64,000 bases of DNA from Cycas panzhihuaensis (Eukaryota; Plantae; Cycadophyta): NCBI GenBank assembly GCA_023213395.1, contig CM041465.1, positions 67,897,741 through 67,961,740 of the forward strand, in the 5' to 3' direction. The translations under genes were made by a program, and so were the position numbers. Positions 26,234 to 38,954 of the stretch are shown piece by piece; within the stretch, counting starts at the first letter, position 1; each line of letters starts with the position of its first letter. Below the pieces are notes generated by a model that was not told where the DNA came from, did no database searches, and saw only the letters and a list, made by a program, of their open reading frames with translations.

Positions 26234-27746
26234 TAAGAAATACCCATATACAAGTATTGCTTTTCTCCCAAATATTCCAAAGAAAACTCATATACCTATT
26301 TTAATTATTATCTTTGATATCATTTACACATATTTTTTATAGCTTAGATTTATCTATGTATTAAAATTTGCATGGTTATGACAATATGTATGAAGTTCTA
26401 TATTTGGTGTGGTAATGGTACAATGATCCATTCTAATATGGGCTTACATTGACTACATGGGTATGATTTATTCTCTATAGGGCTATTTCTTTATGTAATC
26501 TTCATGGTGTAGAGTGTAATTTTTGTGGTTATATTTGATGTGGGTCTATGAGATCTAGTGTGTGAGAAGGTAAATTTAATGAGCTCATCATAGCATCGTA
26601 GGTCATTTGGATTTATGTAGATCTAGCACATTCAGAAACCCTTTCGTAGAGATGTATGTCAAAGATATAAGAGATAATAACAATTCAAGCATGTGTACAA
26701 ATTTTCTTTGGAATAGTTAGAATTTAGAATTTAACTTAGATACCATATTATAATGTACTGATCATATATAATAAAAATGTATTAAATACATATAATCAAT
26801 GAATCCTATTATGAGGAATATACATAAATTATGTATGTAATATTAACAATAATAATATGAAATATAAAGTATCAAGTATAAGAAACATGTAATAATAATT
26901 CACTATAAGAGAATAAATTTATACATGGAAAACTTAATGTGAAAAAGACCATGGGAGAAGGTTCAAGTTTGAAGTTCCTATTTATGATATCAAATGAATT
27001 ACATCTCCAAGTTAATCTTCCTTTCTAAAGTTCTCAAATGGTTCATGTATATATTTATAGATATATCACCTTATAAATAGCTTATAACATCTTTTGAGTC
27101 ATTTCATCATGTAATAAAATATTTACATAAATAATTGTGCATATCACATTTATCAATGCTTTTAGTGAATGGGATTTTATACAGGTCCATTGCATCATAT
27201 TAAATATTAGATATATGAAATATTATATATTTCAACACTCCCCCTTAATGTTTAATATCTTCAATTTGCAATATTCATGTCTTTATATTTTTCTTGTATG
27301 TTAATATTTATAAACTTACAATAAATATATATTGAATTGTATTAATCTAAATTAATTTAAATAAAACCATATCACTTATAACTTATAAATCTGTCAATAT
27401 CATACTTGTCTTTTATAAATAATTAATTTGTAATATGTCATCAAACCATTCTATAGTCATATGTAATCATCAATGACTAATTATAAGTAACTACTTATAA
27501 AATACCTATAAACTAATTATTAATTAATCAAACAACTAATCTTAATTTTATAACTTTCATTTGTCATGTTTATATGAAGTTTTCTCTTTAAAAACATCAT
27601 ATCTTCATTTGTAAAGCTATGATAATGTCAACACTATTAATCTATCATCTGAACAATCTCATAAATAAAAATTATTAACGATGTCCATAAAAAATAATAA
27701 CTATTTACTAAAATACATAGATAACCAACCATTATAATCACTAAAG

Positions 27747-29600
27747 TGTTGGAATATATGATACTTTCCCATATTTAATACTTAATATATTATTATGGAT
27801 CTACACAAAATTTTGCTCATCAAAAATATTAATAGATATGATATGCATAATTATTCATGCACACATCCTATTAGATAATGAAATGCTTCAAAAGATATTA
27901 TAGACTATGCATAAGGTGACATATCTATAAATATGTACACACACTACTTAGGAACATGAGAAATAAAGAATTGACTTGGAGATATAATTTATTTAATATC
28001 ATAAAGAAGACCTTCTAACTCTAACCTTCTCCCATAGTATTTTACACACTAAGTTTTTTACATATAAATCTGTTATCTATCTTGTGGTACATGTTTCTTA
28101 TATTTATATTTTATATTTCATGTTATTGTTTGATATGTTTATCTTATATGCATAAATTATACACATTTCTTATGATATGATTGATACGTTATACTTTATT
28201 AATATATTTTTATTGTGTATTATGAGCACATTATAATAAGGTATTAGAGTGAAATTTTAAATTCTTCAATAGTATTAGTTGCATTGAAAAAAGAATTTTG
28301 AGACAATCAAAATGAATGGTCACAAGGTATTTTTTTGAGATCAGATGATAGAGATTTTAATTGATAAAATTAATTGGTTCTGACATCATAAAAATTATAT
28401 CTTTTGAGCTTTTCTAGATATGATTTGATATTTTCTAATACTTTTAAACTCTCTTAAGATTATGATGATAAGATTGATAATTATTGAAGTGAGAATAAGG
28501 AAGTTTCATTTAATATAAATACATTTAAGACTCATTTATGATAGTTTAAGGCTTAAAACAAATGAAAAATTAATGATGTAGGATATATTTGAAATGAAAT
28601 TTGATATGAAAATCTTACATATACTAGATATAATAAAAATCTCCATTGACATTTACACATTTAATTAATAGAACTACAATGACTAATTAAATGTTATGAT
28701 CACTTAGTTTATTAGACATATGTTTAAATGAATGGATGAATAATTTATGACACCACCTAATGAAAGGCCCAATTGTTTGTTTATTAGAAAGTTGGTTGTT
28801 GAAATAATATTATTTCCACCTATTTATAAAACATGGAGAAGAAGTCTCACATATTGTTTATTTAGTATACCAAATTTAATTTTGAGGTTATCTAACTAAT
28901 ATATGGTATGTGTTTATTAGTGAAAATTTTAATATTCTATATATGACAAGAGGCATAGGAACACATTATTTACATTACTTTATTATAGCTAACTTGTCTT
29001 AGCTAGGTGGTATGCCTTATTTCTAAAGTTAGTATATTTAGATTATTGATTTATTGATGTTGATGAGTTTTGTATTCGTTTAAAAAAAAAAAAACTGTAG
29101 AAAATGTATGTAGAGACAACACAAAATGTTATCTTATATGCAAGAGGTAAGAAAAATATTTTATAGGTAACTTATATAACACACAGATTATGTTGTTACT
29201 ATTATGTACAAGATGTGAAATATTTTATACTACTCTTATAACAATTTTTTTCCTAACAACTAAGTGTTATTTATGTTTGTTAATGAACCATGTACAAGAA
29301 ACATATTTTAGAGAACTAACAATTATAACAGTTAGTTACCCATGTATTTCAATAGATAGTTATTTTATATGGATATTAATAATTATTTTCATTTATGAAA
29401 TTTTATTAAGATGACAAATTGATCATGTTGATGTTATTGTAATTGTACAAGTAAAGATACAAAATTGATGAGAAGAAAACTTCATATAAACATGATAAGT
29501 GAGAATCATAAAATTGAGATTAGTTGTTTGATTGATGATTAGTTTATAAAAACTTTATAAGTTGGATGCTCACATATGACTACATAATAGTTTGATTATA
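27747..29600 (+). mobile_element. Element D2: inverted, truncated copy of family D
   Basis: 27747-28269 is the reverse complement of LTR 26715-27237, and ~29320-29600 is the reverse complement of ~27400-27746. Confidence 0.75.
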
Positions 29601-31344
29601 GGGCCATACATGGACAAGCAATGATCTTAGTATTGATGAGGCAAAACATTTGATGATATATAGGTTTATATAAATCTCCTTCACTGCCTATTATTACAGT
29701 TTACAAGGTAATATGTGGGTTTGCTTTCTTTGTAAAAAATATTCAAGACTATGTAGGTTGGTTTTTAAGGCAAGGCATCCTTCTTTGTGTGTATATGGCA
29801 TTGTGTGGCATAGCATCAAATCGACCAGGTGGTGTAATCTATATAATTGGACTGGGTCTATGTCTTTAGGGGCATTTTTCTTTACTATATGAGCATTTTA
29901 TTAATCTCTCAGTCCATGAGGGTTTTATTAATTGCTCATAACAATGAAGCTCTAGTTAAAATACACCCTATTAGAATGACTATAAGAAAATTATCTTTCA
30001 ACTTAACATCTATAATTTTTTCTCTCCCTACCATCGATTATAGAAAATCATCATAGATGTGTGGGTGGTTATGGCGGATACTTTAGTGGTAAACTAATAA
30101 ATCGAGTTACATCGATAGATAATTTATGCATAGGGCATCCTATTAATTTGAATTTACATTTATGTTGCATGGGAATTTTTCTTCATATGATCCAAAATAA
30201 TGTGGCATTCATTGTAGTAGCTTAACCTCATGCAAATAGACAAATGCTAAAAAATAAAGGGTTAACCATCATAATTATCATGCCTATTAACTATTATAAA
30301 ATCCTATCACATAACAAAATTTTCCTCATCATAAAATATTTAAATACATATATTATACAAACCCTTGTTAATAAATATGCCCATATATATACCATATATC
30401 TCACCCTTTCAATCTATAACATTCTTGTTAACATCTCACTTAATATGCCCCCTCACGAACATCTCATATCATAATCCATCACATGCCACATACTTCTTCA
30501 AATATGCCTATTATATTCTCTTCAAACTATGCATTAACATACATGTTTCTTTTGGTCTATATATAAACTATCATGATGCCTTCATCAACATGCCTTCTTT
30601 TTATGTTAATCATGACACATATCAATGGTATATGTTTGTTGCTTTTTTCATTTAGACTGATTGATTTGCCTACTTTATCATATCTTGATTCATCTCTTAC
30701 ATTTAATCCTCTTCAATTTTATAATTTTCATGTACACCTCTCAACAGTGAAAATGTTACAAAAATACCTTTGACTAGAACAAAATCCACAGTCTTAAGTG
30801 GACAAAATTTTTCATGAATGAAAATTAGGTAAGAGAGATGTCAACACTTATCTTATATGATCTTTTCTGCTATTAGTTATGAGGTTAGATGAGCTGGCCT
30901 ATCTCACAAAAGCTCAATCACTTTTATAGGGAGCTAGCCTATTCTAATAAATGCAACTGATAATAATTTCTTGTCTTCTCACATCATCTTGGTGGACTTG
31001 ATTTATATGCCTACATGTTTCAAATATGTGGCCATAACATGCTAAAATAACTTATCCATATAATCAGTAAATAACATATCATTAGTTTATTGTATTCATT
31101 TTGTTACAACATTGTCACATGCCATTGGTATAACTAGCATAATCAGATTTCTGGCTTATTAAATCACACCTCAAAAAGTTATCTTTGTAACTAGATAACT
31201 AGCTCATCAATTTAACTCAAGTATAGGCTTACAACCTACTTCTGCAAGATCTTTCACAACATGAAACTAATACCATGTTAGAATTTAGAATTTAACTTTG
31301 AGTACAATAAAAGTATATCAATTATATATAATCAATAAATCATA

Positions 31345-34300
31345 CAGAGATTTTCATAAGAGCTTTGGATGAGCACTAAGCAAAGGACTGGTCATGAGCG
31401 GTGACTAGGGTTTGAAGGCACAAGGGATGGTGGCTAGCAGAGCAGTCTTAAGAGGAGGTTAGTCCATGGTTGGTGTAAGAATAGTTGGTGACCCAGATGG
31501 ACTAAACTAGATACAAAAGTAGGGATGCGAAGAGGTAACATGTAGGATGGAGACTCTAAGCAGCAAGGCTTAGGAGATGGGAAATCCTTAGGGTACAAGT
31601 TGAGGCTTAGAAAGTGGCTTGTTGAATACAGGAAGCACAAAGTAAGGACAAATTGGATGAATGCTTTATAGTTGAATATTCTAGCAGACATTATTCTAGG
31701 TGAGATGAGGTGTTTTTTTAACATCATTGCTTATTGATTTCATCAATGTTTTGATAGTTAGGCCACATTTTTTATGGTAAATATGATAAAAATAATTCCC
31801 TATAACCAAACTCAAATTTCCCCTTTCGGGAGGTCTTATTTGGAAGTACTAAAGAATGGTAGAATGGAACCCTTAGATATAAACCCTATTATTCAAGATG
31901 AGACTATTAAAATCCCCATTCTGAATAAATTAATTAAGCAAACTGAGAAATATTAGGAGCATAGCTTGGTGGGTAGATTCTTGGGGCCAAGACCTAGCCT
32001 AGACTCCATAATAAAATGGTTAATAAATAAATGGAGGATCAAGAATCCAGTGGAGGTTATGGCACTTCCTAAGGGATGTGTTCTTTTTAAGTTTGTATAT
32101 TAGGAAGACATGGTAAACATTCTCCTAAAATCACCCTATATCTTTGGTAAAAAAACCCTTTTCTTGGAGAAATGACACCTAGATTTTGACCTGACGGTGT
32201 CAATAATAAAATAAGTCCTAGTATGAGTCTAGATCCCATGGATTCCTCTCCAAGTGTGGGATCTAGATGTGATTAATAGGGTGGTGAAAGCCATAATCCC
32301 TTTACTAACTATTGATTTAGAAACAAAGTATATGAATAGATTGATAAATACTAGATTTTATATCCTGGCAAGATTAGATAAAATACTCCTAGATCATGTA
32401 AGAATTAAAACTGGGGAATGGAGCAAGGAACAAAGTTTGGTTTATGAAATGAATAATGTTAGGTGTTCATCTTGCAAACAGTTTAACCATATTCCTTAGT
32501 ATTGTCCAAGGGAGATGAAGAAGGATGAGGGAGTAGAGAAGGAGGTAGAGAAGACCCAGGAAATAAAGAGGGATATCTACAAATCTTAGGAGATTGATGG
32601 AGTGATAGGTGATGTTAATCTAGATGTTGAGGACTCCCTTTTTTAGGAAAGCAAGGAGCATTCCCAAGTAGAGAAGGGGGAGAAAAATAACTAAGAACCA
32701 CTGCAAGAGAAGTTAAAGGAGGGGGAGAAACCTCTAGAGCTTGAGAGGATGTGGAAAAGATCCTCAAGGGGAATCGTTTAGAGCATTGGGGAGTCTAGAG
32801 GTCCTAGAGAAGGAAGAAAGATCTGCAAAAGGTAGGGAGAAAGACTTACAAGAGGAGCAAAGGGGAGGGGGCTCACGTACATGCCCGGATCTGGGAGGTG
32901 AAAAGAGGATAGGAAGACCTACCCTAAAGATGGTTAAGAAAAAGGAGACGGTAGCCTAAGTTGATCAGGGGAGCTAGGATACCCTAAAGGAGGGAGGAGG
33001 AGAGGGTCTGAGGTTAAGGAGTAAAAGATGAAGATCGCCTCTTAGAATATTAAGGGCATAAATGCCCCCTCAAAGCAAAGCATAGTAAAGGATTTATATA
33101 TAAGACTAGAACCAAATATAATCCTACTTCAGGAAACTAAATTGGAATTGAATAATAGGGTAGCAGTCAAAAATAAGATCTAGAGGATAGCGGAGATGTT
33201 AGTGAAGGGTAGTTATCATGGATCAGGGGAGTTGGTAATTCTTTGGAATCTGAAAGATTGGCAAGGAGAGGCTTGTGTTTTAGATGACCATTTCATCTCC
33301 ATATAGTTTACTTATAGAAAGACAAACCTTCGATGGCTAGCAACTAATGTATATGCCCATATAACTGTGGAACGTAGGAAAATCCTTTGGGATAAGATCC
33401 TAGAACTCCATAAAGATTAGTAGGGCCCATGGCTAGTAGCTAGTGATTTTAATATAGCTCTATCCCCTGTAAAGAAAAAAATAGGACAAGATGAGTGGAT
33501 GAAGAGCATATTAGACTTGGGAGATTTTCTCCAAAAAGGGGGCCTGATGGATATTCATCTTAGGGGGGCTAAATACACCTCATCAAACAGGAGACTGGGG
33601 AATCACCATATACAGGTAAGGCTAGATAGGGTGATGATAAATTATACATGGGCTGACCATCATAATGAAATTAGGTTGGAAGATCTCCCTAAGGTAGCAT
33701 CAAATCATTCCCCATTATTGTTAGACTTTGACATCACTAAGAGGCATATGGGTGCTCATTTTTAGTTTGAACTAATGTAGACAAAGCATTGGGGTCTTAG
33801 GGACCTAATTGATAGGTGGTGGAAGATTCTGATTAAGGGGTGTGTAATGTGCAAGTTATTAAAAAATTTGAGTTGAGAGAAAATATAGGTGAAATAGTGG
33901 AATAAAAAGGTTCATGGAAATATTTTTAAAATCAAGGATCAGATAGTTGAGGAGTTGAAAGAAATAGAGGCAAGGATTAAGAGGAAGGAAGATCCTAGAT
34001 CTTGGATCACTCTAAGAGAAATCTCCTCAAGAAATTTGAGGAAGTCTTGATTAATGGAGATATATTATAAAGACAAAATTTGAGGAGGGCCCTATGGCTA
34101 GTGGAGGGGGACAGAAATACAAAGTTCTTCCATATGACAACCCTAAAGCACAGGGCTTGTAACCAAATAAATAAGTTGTATAATAGATAAGGTGAAAAAA
34201 CCTACAAGGGGGAAGAAATTAAGAATATAGCGATAGAGTATTTCAAGGATTTGTTTAAGGGGCCTAGCTATCAAGACACGGTGATCAGGAGGAAGTTTAT

Positions 34301-37160
34301 GAACTTAATCCTCAAATTAGTGGACAATAAGTAGAACAAGATTTTAAAGGCATTGTTATCCCTAGAAGAAGTGAAAGGGGTAGTCTTTGGGATGAAAAAA
34401 GATAAAATGCCAAGTCTAGATGGTTTTTCCCTAGGCTCCTTTTAGGAATATTGGGATATTATAATGGAGGATTTAATGAAGGCCCTGGGTGAGTTTTAAG
34501 AGAACTAGAAAATACTTGGGGAGTGGTAAGCTACTTTTCTAGTGTTGATTCCAAAAAATGAAGGTGTAAAGCTGATAGAGGAATATAGAACAATTAACCT
34601 CTATAATGTGAAATATAAGATCTTGGCAGAAGTGTCTGCTAATAGATTAAAGAATATTCTTCTCTTAATTATTTTTCCTAATCAAGATAGATTCATAAAA
34701 GAGACGTAGATCCTAGATGACATCATCATAATCCATGAGATGATCCATTTTTCCCGTCAGAGGAAAGAACAGAGAATGATTATTAATATTGATCTTTCTA
34801 ATGCCTATGATAGGGTGTCATGGAATTATCTATTAGAGTGTCTCCAGGGGTTTAGCTTTAGAGATCTATGGAGGAAGTTGGTGGCTAGTTGTATTTCTAA
34901 TCCCCAAGACTCGTTATAATCAATGGAACCTCAATGAGGTTTCTTCCTAGGTATAGAGGGCTTCAATAAGGAGATCTTATCCCCCTATTTGTTTATAATT
35001 ATGGCTAAGCTTCTGGGGCGAGCAACAGAGAAGGCTAAGAGAAAGGGAGTGGTAAAGGGGATTAAGCCTACTTCTAGAATTACAAGTAATGTCCATTACC
35101 AATTCATAGATGATAATATTCTACTAAGAAAGGCTACCCTTGGCGAAGCTTGGGCAATAAAAGGGGGTCTTAAGAGGTTCGAGAGAGCTATAAATCAAAA
35201 GATAAATTTGAATAAGAATAGTGTCTTTTTTATGAACAACAAAGACAGGGTACAAAGAAGATCAACAGGATCTTAGAAATGCTTATCCAAATATTACCCA
35301 ATATTTATTTAAGGACATCCCTGTTTATAGGGAAGATGTCAAGAGAGCTTTGGAATCCTACCATAGATCGAATGCAAAGGAAGATGGCTGAGTGGAAGGA
35401 CTCCATTCTAAGCCAGGCAGGTAAGGCCCAATTATTATCTGCCTCACTCCAGAGTATCCTATTATATATGATGTCAATATTTAGGATCTCAACTAAAGTC
35501 ATATTGACTCTAAAATCTATCCAGAAAAGATTCCTTTGATCAGGAGTTGAGGAGAAGGATAGGATCCACCTAGGCACGTGGGAGAAAGTTTACCTCCAAA
35601 AATAGGTAAGTGGCTTGAATATTCAAAGATTTGCCTCTTTTAATAGTACCCTAGTGGAGAAATTAGGGTGGTGACTGGATAAGAAATAAGGAGGGTTATG
35701 GGAAAGAATCATATCCCAAAAATACCTTTATGGAAAGAAATTCTTAAAGGATGACACTATAGTTTCTTTGGGATCTCCAATATGGAGAAGTTTTCTTCAA
35801 TCGAGACAAATGCTAGCTTTAGGAGTGCAATGGAAGTTGGAGGATGGTGCTACTATAAATTTCTGGGAAGACATATGGTGTGGTCATATTCAGTTGAAAA
35901 GGAGGCCAAATATGGGCCCTATGCAAGAACTATGTGAGAGAACTTATACAGTAAAGGTTAAAGATTATTAGGTGGGTTAGGATCAAACTAAGAGCTGAAG
36001 AATATTTAAGAAACTATAGGGGGATCAAGGTTCAAGCGATTATATAAAAGCCCTTAAAAAAGAGTTAGGTCAATGTTATATTCTATAAATAGCAAAGCCA
36101 GATTCTATAGTCTGGCCTCTCTCTCCTTCTAGGGATTATACAGTGAAATAAGGGTATTCTTTTATATGCCAAAAATGGGGGTCTCTTAAGAACCCTTTAT
36201 TGGAAAGTGTGTAAAAAATGGGCTTGATACCCAAAGTAGCAGTTTTCTGGTGGTTGTTCTTAAGGAAATTTTGATTGTGGATAATATGTGGAAGAAGGGC
36301 TTTGCGATGGTCAATAAGTGTGTGTTATGTTAGGAGGCTAAGGAGTCGATGGATCACATCCTTCTTCATTGCTCTTACTCTAAGAACATTTCGAAGTTTA
36401 TATGGGCCTAATTTGGTATGGAGTGTATGTTCCTTAGAACACTCAAAGAGTAGGTGATGGCTTAGTAAAGCCCCTTCAGGAGGAAGAACTTGGGACATAC
36501 TTGATAAATCTCCATGGTAATGACGATGTGGAATTTATAGAAGGAGAGAAATAAAAGAATATTTTAAGAGAAGCAGATGGATAAAGTTAGGCTCCATGGG
36601 ATCATTTGTACTATAATCACAAAGACAGTTAATGTCAAAGAAGAGAAATTTATAACAGAATTGAAAGGTATTGTATTAGAGAATTGGGGGATAAAGAGGC
36701 CCAAAGTTACAATGGGAATGAGAAGAAAATGCACATAGATTCCTCTCCCAAAAAATGGGGTGAAAATTAATATTGATGAGGCAGCTAAAGGAAATATAAG
36801 GGAGGTAGGAGGAGGCAGTATTTATAGAAATTTAAAAGAGGAAGTCATGTGGGATTTTGTGGAGTATTATAGAAGGCAAACAAACCATAGAGTGGGGTTG
36901 GCAACGATGTAGAGGGCAGTGGATATGGCCTTAAAGGAAGGTTGTGATAGGGGGATTATAGAAGGGGATTCGTTAAATGTGATAAACATGCTCAGAGGAG
37001 AGGTAGAGCCTAACTAGAAAGCTACAGTTATGATTAGAGATGTCCAAGATGCCCTCAAAGGTAAAGAGAGTGCTCAAGTGTGATACACTTGTAGAGAAGG
37101 GGATGGAGTAGCTAATAAACTAGCTAAGTGGGGGGGTAATGAATAAGAGGACCTACATAT
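31345..37160 (+). mobile_element. L1-clade LINE, near full length, decayed, with C-terminal RNase H; no poly(A)
   Basis: ORF1 with LVGRFLG..W (DUF4283-like) and CSSCKQFNH..YC. ORF2 MKIAS*NIKG endonuclease, RT (HYQFIDDN), zinc motif CVLC...DHILLHC, and an RNase H-like end. Confidence 0.93.
33028..37143 (+). pseudogene. LINE ORF2 (EN-RT-zf-RNase H)
   Basis: ATG at 33028; LQETK, RLDRV, SNHSP, DLSNAYDRV, FWEDIW, VKINIDEA..KGN, EGDSLNV, HTCREG..AN.LAKWG. Confidence 0.9.
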
Positions 37161-38923
37161 GGAGGACCTCACTCATTGTTTCATTATCTAATAAGATGTA
37201 TACATGAATAATCATGCATGTCACATCTATCAATACTTTTAGTGAGTGAAATTTTATGTGGATCCACTATATTACATTAAACATTAGATATGTGATAATA
37301 TCATATATTTCAATATCTTTTTCTAGTTTGGTAATGATTGTAAGTATAAATTGATAGTTTGAATGTTTATAATGTTTACAATCATGCTAAATAGGACCAT
37401 TTGTTAAATTTCTTACAAGGAAATTTTTAACAAAAGGGTAACCTTGAATTATCTTTACTTTAAGGATCTTTATAAATCACAGTTTTGAGTATTTAATTTT
37501 AGGTTTCTTGTTTTAATAGAAAAGAATTTTGGTTCGATTCATCAAAGAGCTTTATTTGCATCATAGGTAAGAATTATGATAGGTTAATGGGGGGCCTAAA
37601 AATTGAACCAAGCAACATAATGAACCTACTTTCTTTCAACAATATATTATGAAAGATTTTCATATTATCTCTAGAGAGATATTTGTTGTTTGTAAGAGAA
37701 AGTAGATAGATCAACCCAACTTTTAAGCTAGTCTTTTCAATATTTTTTATTTATGGGTTTATCTAATAATGATTATAATTTTAAATCCAAAAAATTCAAA
37801 GCCTAGCCTTGCACCTAACCAATTCCAAGTGATTGAAACTTGAGAACAAGGAACATTCAAGTAATTAGTCTTATGCCAATAACAAACTTTCTAAAGCTTT
37901 TGTACATTTGACTCTATTCAATTTCCAAAAGGAAAGAAGTGTTTCTGAATTATCAAACATTAGGTCTTAATGTCTCAATTAATAAGAATGCAATTTTATC
38001 TCATTTAAACCACTCACATTACTTGAATTCTATGAAAATCCATAACTATGGGGTTTGAGGCAACTTAATTTAATTTGGCAGTGATAAGATGGAAAGGGTG
38101 CCAAATTTTAATGAACACTTTAAAGCTTATTCACTTTAGGTTTAGGTGATATTATTAACATGAGATTACTCAATTAAGTAACTACTTTCTCATTCATAAC
38201 TCATAAATGTTACCCTAGAAATAATTATGATTCTGCATTGGGCATACTTGCATGGAATCTAGGATAAACACTTCCCTACACCAACCATTGTGTTCATTAG
38301 TTTGATTAAAGTACAAATAAGCAATAATATAACTATATATGGATCCATAATGTATTAAGCATTAATGCTTGTTATTTAATTAATCCCATATACATTTTTA
38401 TTTCATTCATTCTAATACATATAACCTTCAAGTTTGAGTTCATCAATAGTGGGTTAGATTTAGCCGTGAGATGTAACCTGTGTACAATCGCTTAAGGACT
38501 ACTTATTCAAAAACATCTTTATCATAGCTTTTACATTAAATAGATCTATACACAATATCATCTAGTAGCTCATCTTTAGATCTAAAATAGAAAAGGTACA
38601 AAAGTCGAGAGGCTAACAATAGGCTTATCTAAATTCTTAACTATTTACCTTGTCTAATATTTACACATCTGTCATTATCAATCATGTTGAGAGATAATGT
38701 ATTAGTTCACAACAGTAGAGAAAGGCATCATATGCTCCTTCATTCTAGTAGCAACTTCTTTAATTTGAGCTCACCTAGAGGACCTCATAGATTTAAGTGT
38801 CATAATCATATGCATATAAAAGAAAATTATAACTATGCTTGTACAGCAAAATATATATTTTTTCTTTTTTCTTTTAGCTAATTTAAAGTTAAATAATAGG
38901 AAAGGGGTGTGTGTGTATGTGTT

Positions 38924-38954
38924 GGGGATGGGGGGTGGGTTGGGGGGGTTGGGG
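38924..38954 (+). other. G-quadruplex-forming motif next to a short (GT)n
   Basis: GGGG-AT-GGGGGG-T-GGG-TT-GGGGGGG-TT-GGGG. Confidence 0.7.

Larger units (their letters stand above)
26715..37315 (-). mobile_element. Element D1: AT-rich non-autonomous LTR element, interrupted by D2, an unassigned segment and a LINE
   Basis: LTR 26715-27237 followed by PPT CTCCCCCTT. The matching LTR starts at 31276 next to a PBS-like TGGTATTAG and resumes at ~37165-37315 after the LINE. No clean TSD. Confidence 0.7.

Noticed and set aside
38134-38146. Telomere-like TTTAGGTTTAGG
   Set aside because: Only two imperfect units; expected by chance.
38230-38790. Possible small minus-strand exons of a host gene or transposase (e.g. 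EVFILDSMQ, AQIKEVATRMKEH)
   Set aside because: The splice-like edges exist, but the frames contain stops and no recognisable protein can be assembled.
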